DNA of 64,000 bases from Candidatus Taylorbacteria bacterium RIFCSPHIGHO2_01_FULL_46_22b (GTDB taxonomy: Bacteria > Patescibacteriota > Minisyncoccia > Phycocordibacterales > DSPV01). Every line of letters begins with the position of its first letter. Position 1 is the first letter of the stretch. The stretch spans positions 140,479 through 204,478 of the forward strand of contig MHRF01000007.1 in assembly GCA_001820875.1 (NCBI GenBank). Reading direction: 5' to 3'. Shown here piece after piece: positions 20,627 through 31,471 of the stretch. Position numbers and translations under genes: made by a program. Under the pieces are notes generated by a model. The model was not told where the DNA came from. It made no database searches and was given only the letters and a program-made list of their open reading frames with translations.

Positions 20627-21367
20627 ATGGCAATTTTTCGAACACGAATCAAGAAAGAAATAGTGTCTGAAGTCTTGGCGCCTAACCGTAAATCACGCAA
20701 GGTGGTTATTCTCTGTATTGGCTGTCCTACAAATCCTGCTCGGCGGGAATCGATAGAATTCTTTGCGAAAAAAGGGTTTTGGGTCTTTCTTCCTCGATAT
20801 CGAGGAAGTTGGGAAAGTGATGGAAAATTTCTTAAAAGATCTCCGCATCTTGATGTTATCGATGTGATTGATTCTTTACCGAAAGGTTTTAAGGATCTCT
20901 GGAGCGGAAAAACATACAAAATTAAAAATCCAGAAGTATTTGTTATTGGCGGGAGTTTTGGTGGGACGGTTGCGGTGTTGGCTTCGCGTGATAAGCGAGT
21001 AAAAAAAGCAGTCGCATTTTCGCCCGTAATTGATTGGACTGTTCCCAGCAAGGAAGAGCCGATGGGAAAGCTTGGAAAATTTATGCAGGATGGTTTTGGG
21101 AACGGCTATCGTTTCAAGATGTCAGATTGGAAAAAACTCTCACGAGGGGGATTCTTTGATCCATCCGCAGAAGTCAAATCCATTGATGGACGTAAACTCC
21201 TTATCATTCATGCTAAAGATGACGGCATTGTTCCGTTTGTGCAGGTTCCGCCGTTTGTCAAAAAGACCAAATGCACACTCATTTCTCCTCGCACTGGGGG
21301 GCATTTTGGTGTTGCAAAATCAATTTCCCCACGCTTTTCCAAAGCGGTTCTTAAATGGATTCGATAA
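20627..21367 (+). CDS. alpha/beta hydrolase
   Basis: RYRGSWESDG, GGSFGG nucleophile elbow, IIHAKDD, GGH. Confidence 0.88.
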   Translation: MAIFRTRIKKEIVSEVLAPNRKSRKVVILCIGCPTNPARRESIEFFAKKGFWVFLPRYRGSWESDGKFLKRSPHLDVIDVIDSLPKGFKDLWSGKTYKIKNPEVFVIGGSFGGTVAVLASRDKRVKKAVAFSPVIDWTVPSKEEPMGKLGKFMQDGFGNGYRFKMSDWKKLSRGGFFDPSAEVKSIDGRKLLIIHAKDDGIVPFVQVPPFVKKTKCTLISPRTGGHFGVAKSISPRFSKAVLKWIR

Positions 21368-21368
21368 C

Positions 21369-21902
21369 ATGATTGAAAAAGTAGTATTTGGCGGAGGATG
21401 TTTTTGGTGTACCGAGGCGGCTTTTTCGATGCTCAAAGGGGTTACATCAGTTGTCTCTGGGTATGCAGGAGGAAAACGAGAGGCGCCCACGTACGAACAA
21501 GTAAGCGGCGGGGGAACAGGACATGCCGAAGTAATTGAGGTGACATATGACCCTTTAGTTATCACCTTCGATGATTTGCTCGCTGTCTTTTTTAATGTAC
21601 ATGATCCGACACAGTTGAATGCACAGGGGAATGATATTGGAACTCAATATCGATCGGCTATTTTCTATACAACCGATTCACAAAAGATTTCAGCGGAGAA
21701 ACTTGTCAAGGAATTTGCTGAAACAAACGCTTATGATAAGCCGGTGGTGACTGAAGTTATGCCACTGGAGCAATTTTATCCTGCGGAGCAATACCACAAA
21801 GACTATTACAAACGAAATCAGGATGCGCCGTATTGCCAGATTGTTATTACGCCAAAACTTGAGAAATTGCAACGCCGTTTTGCCTCTCTGATCCAATCTT
21901 GA
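21369..21902 (+). CDS. msrA: peptide-methionine (S)-S-oxide reductase
   Basis: GGGCFWCTE, TGHAEV, HDPT, QYRSAIF, AEQYHKDY; start moved to ATG at 21369. Confidence 0.96.
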   Translation: MIEKVVFGGGCFWCTEAAFSMLKGVTSVVSGYAGGKREAPTYEQVSGGGTGHAEVIEVTYDPLVITFDDLLAVFFNVHDPTQLNAQGNDIGTQYRSAIFYTTDSQKISAEKLVKEFAETNAYDKPVVTEVMPLEQFYPAEQYHKDYYKRNQDAPYCQIVITPKLEKLQRRFASLIQS

Positions 21903-21989
21903 TCCACAGAGTATATATTTAGATTTTGCTAGGTTATAATAGAAATCTCTCGGAATTTCCGAGGTATTAGTATTTTATATATATATCGT

Positions 21990-22352
21990 ATGAATTCTTC
22001 AGAAAAATTGACTTCTTTCTTGCTCCGCGCAGGCCTTGCGGTAGTATTTTTATACGCTGCAACCGCATCATTATTTGATCCGATGGCGTGGGCCGGTTTT
22101 ATGCCGCAGTTCTTCAAAGACCTTGTTCCGGTGACTATATTGCTGACTGCGTTCTCGATATTTGAAATTCTACTGTCTTTGTGGCTCTTGTCAGGCATTA
22201 AGCCCTTTGGCGCTGCGGTGATTGCGTCTCTTGCACTTTGTGGAATCATACTCGCGACGATTTCATTGTTTGATATTGTCTTCCGCGATATCGCAATTCT
22301 CTTTGCCGCACTTGCACTTGGGACACTCCATTACAAACGATCGACTGTGTAA
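21990..22352 (+). CDS. DoxX-like membrane protein
   Basis: LLRAGLAVVFLY...FEILL...RD pattern, about 4 TM segments. Confidence 0.75.
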   Translation: MNSSEKLTSFLLRAGLAVVFLYAATASLFDPMAWAGFMPQFFKDLVPVTILLTAFSIFEILLSLWLLSGIKPFGAAVIASLALCGIILATISLFDIVFRDIAILFAALALGTLHYKRSTV

Positions 22353-22386
22353 TTTTGCCGGACGCTGGGCGTCTCCCACTACGTAG

Positions 22387-22791
22387 ATGGATTTTTCAGT
22401 TACATTTCTCATTCTCACACTGCTCGGCCTTATAAATGCCGGCCATCTTGCGTATACGCGCATACGTCACAAACCTCTTGTCTGTCCGATGGATCACGAT
22501 TGCACGTTGGTAACTGAAAGCCGATGGTCAAAAATGTTTGGGGTACGTAATGAATACCTAGGCACACTGTATTTTATCGTTATGCTTTTGGGAGCTCTCA
22601 TACTCCTTATCTCGCCGGCTACTATTCCACAACTGGGAATTATCCTCTTTGTCGTTTCGCTTTTCGGTGCACTGTACTCGATCTTTCTGATTTATCTGCA
22701 GGCGTTTGTGATCAAAAACTATTGTTTCTACTGTATAGTTTCAGCGGTGATCAGTATTATTTTATTCTTAAACGGATTGATGATCCGCTAA
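22387..22791 (+). CDS. vitamin K epoxide reductase family protein
   Basis: C-x4-C..V..S, then CFYC redox motif. Confidence 0.93.
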   Translation: MDFSVTFLILTLLGLINAGHLAYTRIRHKPLVCPMDHDCTLVTESRWSKMFGVRNEYLGTLYFIVMLLGALILLISPATIPQLGIILFVVSLFGALYSIFLIYLQAFVIKNYCFYCIVSAVISIILFLNGLMIR

Positions 22792-22792
22792 T

Positions 22793-23119
22793 ATGGCCAC
22801 TACGCTTTCAGCTCAAAAATGCGTTGCCTGCGAAGGGGATATGCCCCCTCTCAATCCTACTGAAGCAACTATCCTGATGCGTCAATTAAAACCGGAGTGG
22901 AAACTTTCTGGCAACGAAATTGTCCGTGATTTCAAATTTAAAGATTTCAAACAGGCGATGGTATTTGTAAACAAAGTTGCTGATATTGCCGAAGAGGAAG
23001 GTCATCACCCTGATATTTTTATTTCCTACAATCGCGTCAAAATAACACTTACGACGCACGCAATAATAGGGCTTTCAAATAACGACTTTATCGTCGCGGC
23101 GAAGATAGATTTGCTCTAA
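22793..23119 (+). CDS. phhB: pterin-4-alpha-carbinolamine dehydratase
   Basis: AEEEGHHPDI, LTTHAIIGLSNNDF. Confidence 0.92.
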   Translation: MATTLSAQKCVACEGDMPPLNPTEATILMRQLKPEWKLSGNEIVRDFKFKDFKQAMVFVNKVADIAEEEGHHPDIFISYNRVKITLTTHAIIGLSNNDFIVAAKIDLL

Positions 23120-23431
23120 AACGAAACGCCGCTGTGTAAAAACAGGGCGTTGTTTGGGTGCACGCGAAGTGCAAGCCCTTACCAAGGCCAGAAGCAACTC
23201 GCGTCATAGCGGAAATTCGGTAAGGACTCGAATTCAAGGATTCTGTCGGTGGGATTTGGGTCGTTGCTGATAGTCAAAGCACTTGTCGTGCTGATGGTCC
23301 CTGTTGGGTCTCTCCAGTTTTCTAACGGTGAGATGGGCAAGGCTTCAGTGATAGGCACACAAAGTGCGCCTTTACGGAATTGAGTGTGCATAGTTTCTCC
23401 TATGCCTAGATTATGAAAAAGTAGAGTTTTG

Positions 23432-23665
23432 TCAATCAGCCAGCACGACGAGATACTTCCCGTCGGTGTATGCAAAACCGCCTGCGATAGAAAAGGTTTG
23501 TTCGCCTGTTTCTGTATGGACTGCCATCTGGCCAGATTTAAGCGCAGTCATTAAAGGTACGTGGTGGGGGAGAATTCCTATAACACCGTCTTCCGCGGGA
23601 AGCGTTGCGGATGCGACAGTTCCCTCATAGAGCGTTTTTCCAAGGCTGTAGACCGATACGTGCAT
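23432..23665 (-). CDS. atpC: ATP synthase epsilon subunit (N-terminal beta domain only)
   Basis: GVIGILPHHVPL, GGFA, ends at VLAD; directly after atpD. Confidence 0.92.
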   Translation of the reverse strand: MHVSVYSLGKTLYEGTVASATLPAEDGVIGILPHHVPLMTALKSGQMAVHTETGEQTFSIAGGFAYTDGKYLVVLAD

Positions 23666-23666
23666 A

Positions 23667-25118
<1,452 letters not shown>

Positions 25119-25160
25119 TTATGATATAGAATCCTAAATTCTGGATTCGTTATTCTATAT

Positions 25161-26090
25161 TCATGTTGCTAACGCTTCTCTCCCTGCGGTGATCTCGGTT
25201 AATTCTTTGGTGATAGCCGCTTGGCGTGTTTTGTTAAACAAAATGTTGAGCGTATCTACGAGTTCCGCGGCGCTTTCAGATGCATTTTTCATCGCCATCA
25301 TGCGCGACGAGTGCTCGGATGCGTTTGCTTCAAGAATCGCATGGAAAATTTCGACTGCGAGCAAGTGAGGGAGGAGTCGATCCAAAAGCACAGTGGGGCT
25401 TGGTTCAAGTAAAAGGGTGCTTGATGGCGCTTGTATTTTTTCAAAAGAGCTTGGCATGTTAGTGTATTTGCCGCGCAACGGGGTGATGCTATCGATAATT
25501 TCCTGCAGAGATTCGGATGAGAAAGGGAGGAGTTTGCGGACAACAACCTCCTGCTTGAGAGCGGAGAGGAAGTTGGTATACACGAGCACCACCTCGTCGC
25601 ACTTCTTTTCCGTAAATAATTTCACTAGAAAATCGGAGATTTTTTTCGTTTCATCAATCGCACCAAGGTCTCCGGTACCCAAAAATTCAGCCACAGGTTT
25701 TTTACCGCGGCGGGTGAAGTAATCGCGGCCTTTCTTTCCAATTGCCACGAGTGAAACTTGGGATTTTGTTGACGCGAGTATTTTTTCAGCTTTTTTGATA
25801 ACAGATACATTAAATGCACCCGCAAGTCCTTTGTCGCTGGTGACCACCACAAGACATATCGTCGAAAGAGGACGTTTGAGTGTTAGTGCTGAAGGTTGTT
25901 CCATGCCACCAGTTGCTTTCTGTGCTTCGCGCAAAATAGCGAGTGCAGTCAGGGCGTAGGGGCGGGCGGCAAGCGCAAACATCTGGCTTCGTCGCATTTT
26001 TACTGCCGAGACCGCCTCCATCGCGCGTGTCATCTGACGGATGTTTTTGGTCGAGCGTATTCGGTTTTTCAGTGCTCTAGAGCCGGCCAT
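25161..26090 (-). CDS. atpG: ATP synthase gamma subunit
   Basis: SDKGLAGAFN, ASEHSSRMMAM, RQAAITKEL. Confidence 0.98.
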   Translation of the reverse strand: MAGSRALKNRIRSTKNIRQMTRAMEAVSAVKMRRSQMFALAARPYALTALAILREAQKATGGMEQPSALTLKRPLSTICLVVVTSDKGLAGAFNVSVIKKAEKILASTKSQVSLVAIGKKGRDYFTRRGKKPVAEFLGTGDLGAIDETKKISDFLVKLFTEKKCDEVVLVYTNFLSALKQEVVVRKLLPFSSESLQEIIDSITPLRGKYTNMPSSFEKIQAPSSTLLLEPSPTVLLDRLLPHLLAVEIFHAILEANASEHSSRMMAMKNASESAAELVDTLNILFNKTRQAAITKELTEITAGREALAT

Positions 26091-26123
26091 ATAAGTGTGA
26101 ATAATGAATGACGAATAAAGAAT

Positions 26124-27665
26124 TTAGGACTTTTTGAAATAATTTTTGGCAAAGTCGTCGCAAGCCGCTTTCAGTGCTTCATCAACTTCCTTAGTGAGTT
26201 CTGCACCTTCGCGCAGTTTCTTCATTAGTGCATCATGGCGTCCGCGCAGGAAGGCGATAAGTTCTTTCTCAAATCGTTGTACATCTGAAACTTCCACTGT
26301 GTCGAGCACACCGCGCACTGCAGAGAAAATAGAAGCCACTTCCTCTTCAAAGGGCATGTTGTGATACTGGTTTTGCTTGAGCAGTTCAGACAATCGGCGT
26401 CCGCGATCCAGCTTTTGTTTGGTTGACGCATCAAGTTCTTGGCCGAATTGCGCAAATGCGGCGAGTTCTCGATACTGTGCGAGCTCAAGACGCATAGTTC
26501 CTGCCACTTTTTTCATCGCTTTGGTTTGTGCAGATGAACCGACGCGAGAGACGGAGAGACCAACGTTGAGTGCAGGTTTGGTTCCCTGATAGAAGAGTTC
26601 TGGTTCAAGATAAATCTGGCCGTCGGTGATCGAGATGACGTTTGTGGGGATGTAGGCCGACACGTCAGAAAGTTGTGTTTCAATGATCGGAAGGGCGGTC
26701 AGCGATCCTCCGCCGTGCTCCGGTGAGAGACGAGCGGCGCGTTCGAGGAGTCGTGAGTGCAAATAGAAGATGTCTCCAGGGTAGGCTTCGCGTCCTGGTG
26801 GGCGGCGGAGAAGCAAAGACACTTCGCGGTAGGAAACTGCGTGTTTTGAGAGATCATCGTAGACGATGAGTGCGTCACGGCCTTGATCCATGAAATATTC
26901 GCCGATTGCAACGCCAGTATATGGCGCGAGGAATTGAAGGGGAGCAGGAGCTGAAGCCGGTGCGGTGACCACGATAGTATATTCCATCGCTTTCGTCTTT
27001 TTGAGTTGCTCGACGATTTGTGCGACTTTTGATTCCTTTTGTCCGATTGCCACATAAATACAGATGACCGGTTTACCGCCGCGGACATCTTTTCCTTGGT
27101 TGATAATGGTATCAATTGCAATCGCAGTTTTTCCCGTCTGGCGGTCGCCGATGATGAGCTCTCGCTGTCCGCGGCCGATCGGGATCATTGCATCAATTGC
27201 CTTAATGCCGGTTTGCAGAGGAACGTTGACTGATTGGCGGGTGATAACCCCTGGGGCGATTTTCTCGAGAGGATAACGCTTCATGGTCTCTGCCTTGAAT
27301 GATGGACCTCCATCGACAGGATTGCCTAAGGCATCAATCACGCGTCCGATGAGCGCATCAGAGACAGCCACGGACAAAATATTTCCCGTTCCTTTTGCGG
27401 TTTGACCTTCGCGCACGGCTTCGCGATCTCCTAAAATAACGGCTTTGACTGAGTGCTCTTCGAGGTTGAGCGCTTGGCCAAGTACGGCGCCTTTTTCTGT
27501 TTCAAATTCGATCAATTCCGAATACATGACCTGTGAGAGTCCGCGGATTTCCGCGACACCGTCAGAGACGCGAGTCACGGTGCCCACATGTTCAAGTTTG
27601 GGACCTGCAGTGATGCCGGTTATCTCTGATTTGAGTTGTTCTAAAATGGTGTCTTTGTCGGTCAT
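26124..27665 (-). CDS. atpA: ATP synthase alpha subunit
   Basis: [20 protein letters not shown]. Confidence 0.99.
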   Translation of the reverse strand: MTDKDTILEQLKSEITGITAGPKLEHVGTVTRVSDGVAEIRGLSQVMYSELIEFETEKGAVLGQALNLEEHSVKAVILGDREAVREGQTAKGTGNILSVAVSDALIGRVIDALGNPVDGGPSFKAETMKRYPLEKIAPGVITRQSVNVPLQTGIKAIDAMIPIGRGQRELIIGDRQTGKTAIAIDTIINQGKDVRGGKPVICIYVAIGQKESKVAQIVEQLKKTKAMEYTIVVTAPASAPAPLQFLAPYTGVAIGEYFMDQGRDALIVYDDLSKHAVSYREVSLLLRRPPGREAYPGDIFYLHSRLLERAARLSPEHGGGSLTALPIIETQLSDVSAYIPTNVISITDGQIYLEPELFYQGTKPALNVGLSVSRVGSSAQTKAMKKVAGTMRLELAQYRELAAFAQFGQELDASTKQKLDRGRRLSELLKQNQYHNMPFEEEVASIFSAVRGVLDTVEVSDVQRFEKELIAFLRGRHDALMKKLREGAELTKEVDEALKAACDDFAKNYFKKS

Positions 27666-27687
27666 GATTTTTTCTTTTTATTATCCT

Positions 27688-28068
27688 TTATTTTGAAATT
27701 GTTCCTTTCATATCGGAGAATCGTCTCGACAGGGTGTTGTCGATTCTCCAGTCTCCAACGCTGATACGCACTCCTCCTTTCACGTTCTCATCAATTTTTT
27801 CTATGAGCGCAATTTTAGTCCCCACGAGTTTTTCGATGTCTTTTGGGTGTACCGCATTTTTAGTTGCTGATACGACGGTGACCGGCGTGATCTCTTGGTG
27901 TTTATACCAGAGCCGTTCGAACTCGTTCATAATGTCACGCAACTTTCCCGCATGGCGATTTTTCACCAAGAGGGCTGCAAACTTTGCGATCAGCTTTTCG
28001 TGACCCTCTTTTTTAGAGAGAAGTAGATCCAAGAGTGCCGCGGCGTAATGTGTAGGGGAATAGGTCAT
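27688..28068 (-). CDS. atpH: ATP synthase delta subunit (short)
   Basis: YAAAL...VVSA...GGVRISVGDWRID; operon position. Confidence 0.85.
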   Translation of the reverse strand: MTYSPTHYAAALLDLLLSKKEGHEKLIAKFAALLVKNRHAGKLRDIMNEFERLWYKHQEITPVTVVSATKNAVHPKDIEKLVGTKIALIEKIDENVKGGVRISVGDWRIDNTLSRRFSDMKGTISK

Positions 28069-28577
28069 GTTCGTGCAGTAACTTGTACTTTTTGCATCGC
28101 CTGTTCGACCAGTTTCCCTTTAGCTTTTTCATCAAGCACGTCTCCGACACTCTGTTCCACAGCCCTGATGACCGTGGCGCCGAGTGATCGGGTGGCTTCC
28201 TGCATCAGTGCATCATGCTCGCTCGCGAGCTTTTTGCGTTCGTCAGCAGCGATACGTTTTGCTTCTGCTTGTGCATCTGTCATGATCTTTTCTGCTGCGC
28301 CAGTTGCCTGCGTCTCGGCTTTTTTGATCATCTCGGACGAAGTGGTACGCGCTTTGGCGAGCACTTCTTCTTTCTGTCGCTCGATTTCAGCAACGAGTTT
28401 GTCTGCGGCCACTGTTTTCTCCGCAGATTTTTTGATCTCATCTCGGCGGCGGTTGAGCATGCCCAACAGCGGTCGGTAGAGGAACTTGGTCAGCACAAAA
28501 ACAAGAATCGTGAAATTGACGATTTGTGCCACGAGTATCTTCCAGTCGATACCGAGATTGTGGAAGAGATCCTCCAT
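28065..28577 (-). CDS. atpF: ATP synthase b subunit
   Basis: LGIDW..AQIVNF...P+LGML..RR..I, coiled coil. Confidence 0.95.
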   Translation of the reverse strand: MEDLFHNLGIDWKILVAQIVNFTILVFVLTKFLYRPLLGMLNRRRDEIKKSAEKTVAADKLVAEIERQKEEVLAKARTTSSEMIKKAETQATGAAEKIMTDAQAEAKRIAADERKKLASEHDALMQEATRSLGATVIRAVEQSVGDVLDEKAKGKLVEQAMQKVQVTART

Positions 28578-28580
28578 TGC

Positions 28581-28811
<231 letters not shown>

Positions 28812-28940
28812 CTACTAATTACTAACTGCTAATAATACTGATAAAGGGGGTCAACCCTGCTTGATCACAAAGACAAAAACAGGGGCACCATGCCTCATGT
28901 GGGCTATCATACTACAAGCCTGCTGCTTGTTCAACGGCCG

Positions 28941-29687
28941 CTAATGGCTATCTGCCCTCGTGAAAGAGGAGAAGGCAACCATGGCGAGGACGCCAAATAT
29001 AGCGGCTTGAATGAGGCCAACGAAGAGCTCAAGTCCAAGGAACGGTATAGTCGCGATATAGGGGACGAGAGATCCAATAATGATGAGCAATACTTCGCCT
29101 GCAAAAACGTTTCCGAACAATCGGAACGAAAGCGAGATGACTTTTGACAGTTCCCCAATAATTTCGAGTATGCCAGTGAAGAAGAGCACAGGTCCTTTGA
29201 AGGTGATGAATTTGCCAAGATGATGTCGGACACCGACGGTGATGAGTCCGTAGACATGAGAGAGCACCACGACGATGAGTGCGAGTGCAAGTGTCATGTT
29301 CAGATCGGAATATACCGATCGGAAGAGGGGAACGAATGCTTCGTGTCCGTCGTGTCCCACGGTGTGCATGCCGATAGAGCCAACACCGGGGAGAATCCCG
29401 AGCCAGTTTGAGGCGAGGACGAAGAGGAAGATGGTTGCAACGATCGGGAAGAATCGCTCGGCGGTTTTACGATCGCCGGCGATGGTTTCAAGGAAGCCTA
29501 TAATAATTTCAATAACGGCTTCTGCGAAGTTCTGCAGTTTACTCGGGATGTAGCTGACGCGTCTTGAGATGATGAACGCAAATATGATGAATCCGAGCGA
29601 GACAATCCATGCCGTGAGCATCGTGTTAGTCACGGGCAATGGTCCGATGTGAAAGAGAGTGTCTGCTACTATTGATATGTGGTCCAT
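28941..29687 (-). CDS. atpB: ATP synthase a subunit
   Basis: SLSFRLFGNVFAGE, LELFVGLIQA; start moved to MDHISI at 29687. Confidence 0.97.
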   Translation of the reverse strand: MDHISIVADTLFHIGPLPVTNTMLTAWIVSLGFIIFAFIISRRVSYIPSKLQNFAEAVIEIIIGFLETIAGDRKTAERFFPIVATIFLFVLASNWLGILPGVGSIGMHTVGHDGHEAFVPLFRSVYSDLNMTLALALIVVVLSHVYGLITVGVRHHLGKFITFKGPVLFFTGILEIIGELSKVISLSFRLFGNVFAGEVLLIIIGSLVPYIATIPFLGLELFVGLIQAAIFGVLAMVAFSSFTRADSH

Positions 29688-29743
29688 GTAGGCCGATATG
29701 GTAGCGTATTTTTCCGTTTTTTGCCAGTCTTCCGATTGGTTGC

Positions 29744-29771
29744 TTGACAGAATGAATTTTACGAGTATACT
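29744..29771 (+). promoter_or_regulatory. sigma70-type promoter driving the T-box leader
   Basis: TTGACA-16 nt-TATACT, divergent from atpB. Confidence 0.7.
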
Positions 29772-29777
29772 CTTGTG

Positions 29778-30061
29778 CAGTATTGAAAACAGCAATGTCT
29801 ACCGCTTTGGTCCTCTGCACTGCAGAGGGTTGGGCCTTGGCGAGTCTCCCTTCGGGCGAGACAGGACGATTCTTGCAAATCTCAACAGAGAGGCGTGAGA
29901 ATCCGGCATCCTCCGTAATCATAGGAAAACCGATGTCTTCTCGAAAGAGAGCCATGAGTCGGTATGAGGTCTGCTTTTTGAGCAGATAGAGCAAGGTGGC
30001 ACCGCGGAAATGAATCCCGCCCTTGTTGCACAATTTTTTGTGCATCGAGGGCGGGATTTTT
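29778..30061 (+). promoter_or_regulatory. T-box riboswitch leader (transcriptional attenuation)
   Basis: AAGGTGGCACCGCGG T-box (UGGNACC at 29997-30003); antiterminator GCAAGG/CCTTGT + GCGG/CCGC overlaps terminator AATCCCGCCCT...AGGGCGGGATT-TTT; CCGTAATC resembles stem IIA/B; UUCG and GAAA tetraloop hairpins upstream. Confidence 0.75.
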
Positions 30062-30104
30062 ACGTGTCCGCTTTTCAACTCTAAACCTCAAACCAAGGAG
30101 CTTT

Positions 30105-30314
30105 ATGACAGTCTCACGGAGGACGTATTTCTGTCCGCTCTGTCGCAAGTTTACTCGTTTGTCTCTTCCGACCGAGATTCGGTCTTGTGAACACTGCAAG
30201 GCATCCTTGATTCCTCCGTATGCGGAGGATGATTTCAAGGATACAGACGATCCAGAGGTAATTCGCCGTTGGGTTGCTCTGACCAAGACTCGGCACTTTG
30301 GATTACGCAGGTAA
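30105..30314 (+). CDS. small zinc-ribbon protein
   Basis: AAGGAG RBS; CPLC...CEHC. Confidence 0.75.
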   Translation: MTVSRRTYFCPLCRKFTRLSLPTEIRSCEHCKASLIPPYAEDDFKDTDDPEVIRRWVALTKTRHFGLRR

Positions 30315-30367
30315 GCTTTCTTCATGTTCTTTAACAAAAACAAACAACCTTCAACCCAAGGATTTGT

Positions 30368-31165
30368 GTGAACACACAGACCAAAGAAAACAGGTTGTCG
30401 GCAGTCGACCTGAGAATGAAAGAAAACAATCTGCCGGTGATCAATTGGGAGCGAATTGAGAGATCTCTTCGTCAACAGACACGTGCAAGTGGGCAAGAGG
30501 ATGCATGTCCTGCGTTGCTCGGCACACTTCGATCAATCGTTTCTTGTTGTGGGAGTTTTACTGCCAGCAGGAAGAAATTGCTTGCCATCGGTAAGGCACT
30601 GTTGAATCCGGACAAGAAGATTGTTTGTCCGATTTGCCTCGATCCGAGCGATCTTTTAGTGCCAAACACGGTGCCAGAGCTTGTGAGAGAACATGAACGT
30701 TTTCTGGAGAGTATCAGCGACGCGTTTGGCAATCCGCCGGTGATGATGCTGGTTCCGACACATGACAATGTCTCGACGAGAAAAGAGACGCTCGAGCTTG
30801 TTCAGACCATTCACAGGCATGTGCAATCGAGAGGATGGCAAGCTCTGCCTATGGAAGATGTTTTCTCCAGCGTCCACGAGCGTGAGCATTTTTGGATGCA
30901 GACGCTTGGAGATACGGAGGATTCTCGGCGCTGTGTGCGAGCTTTTGCTCGCGCGCGAGCTGCAGCAGGTCTCTATGCGCGGAGAAATCCGGGGGCATCG
31001 GAGACAGAGATTGTTGATCTGGCTCTGCGCACTAGCGCGCAATATTTGGCGCTTGGCGAATTGGTGCGTCAGAACAATTGGTTCATTTGCAATCACACAA
31101 CTCTTAACCTTTCGTGGTACGGGAAAATGGAGGTTGCACTTCTTCACAACCCAATCAAGTTGTGA
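30368..31165 (+). CDS. hypothetical protein
   Basis: 265-aa ORF with AAGGA before GTG, followed by a terminator. Confidence 0.75.
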   Translation: MNTQTKENRLSAVDLRMKENNLPVINWERIERSLRQQTRASGQEDACPALLGTLRSIVSCCGSFTASRKKLLAIGKALLNPDKKIVCPICLDPSDLLVPNTVPELVREHERFLESISDAFGNPPVMMLVPTHDNVSTRKETLELVQTIHRHVQSRGWQALPMEDVFSSVHEREHFWMQTLGDTEDSRRCVRAFARARAAAGLYARRNPGASETEIVDLALRTSAQYLALGELVRQNNWFICNHTTLNLSWYGKMEVALLHNPIKL

Positions 31166-31172
31166 TCAGGAC

Positions 31173-31209
31173 GGCGGCGAGTGTTTTACACTCGCTGCCT
31201 CTTCTTTTT
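31173..31209 (+). terminator. intrinsic terminator
   Basis: GGCGGCGAGTGT-TTT-ACACTCGCTGCC followed by TCTTCTTTT. Confidence 0.75.
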
Positions 31210-31432
31210 ATTTTAAAAACTTGGAGACTTTGCGAAAGACAAGATAGGTTGAGGCGACCGCGGCGAGAATGACGCCGGCGACAAGAAGCCATGGGGAAGT
31301 TTCGAAATATCGGTCGGCGTAACGGCCGAGAAGTGCAAACGCAACAAGCGGGATGGCAATTTGCCAGCCGAGCTCGAACGCGAGTCCCCACGGGTTGAAT
31401 TCTTTCTCTTTTTGATCTTGCAGTTCGGGCAT
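31208..31432 (-). CDS. AtpZ/AtpI-family ATP synthase accessory protein
   Basis: ELGWQIAIP...GRYADRYFETSPW pattern; upstream of atpB. Confidence 0.85.
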   Translation of the reverse strand: MPELQDQKEKEFNPWGLAFELGWQIAIPLVAFALLGRYADRYFETSPWLLVAGVILAAVASTYLVFRKVSKFLK

Positions 31433-31471
31433 GTGTTTACAAACTAATACTATCTTTTAGTAGTTTCGATT

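Noticed and set aside
23179-23475. Minus-strand ORF downstream of atpC
   Set aside because: Short, no recognisable motif, start ambiguous; cannot be supported.
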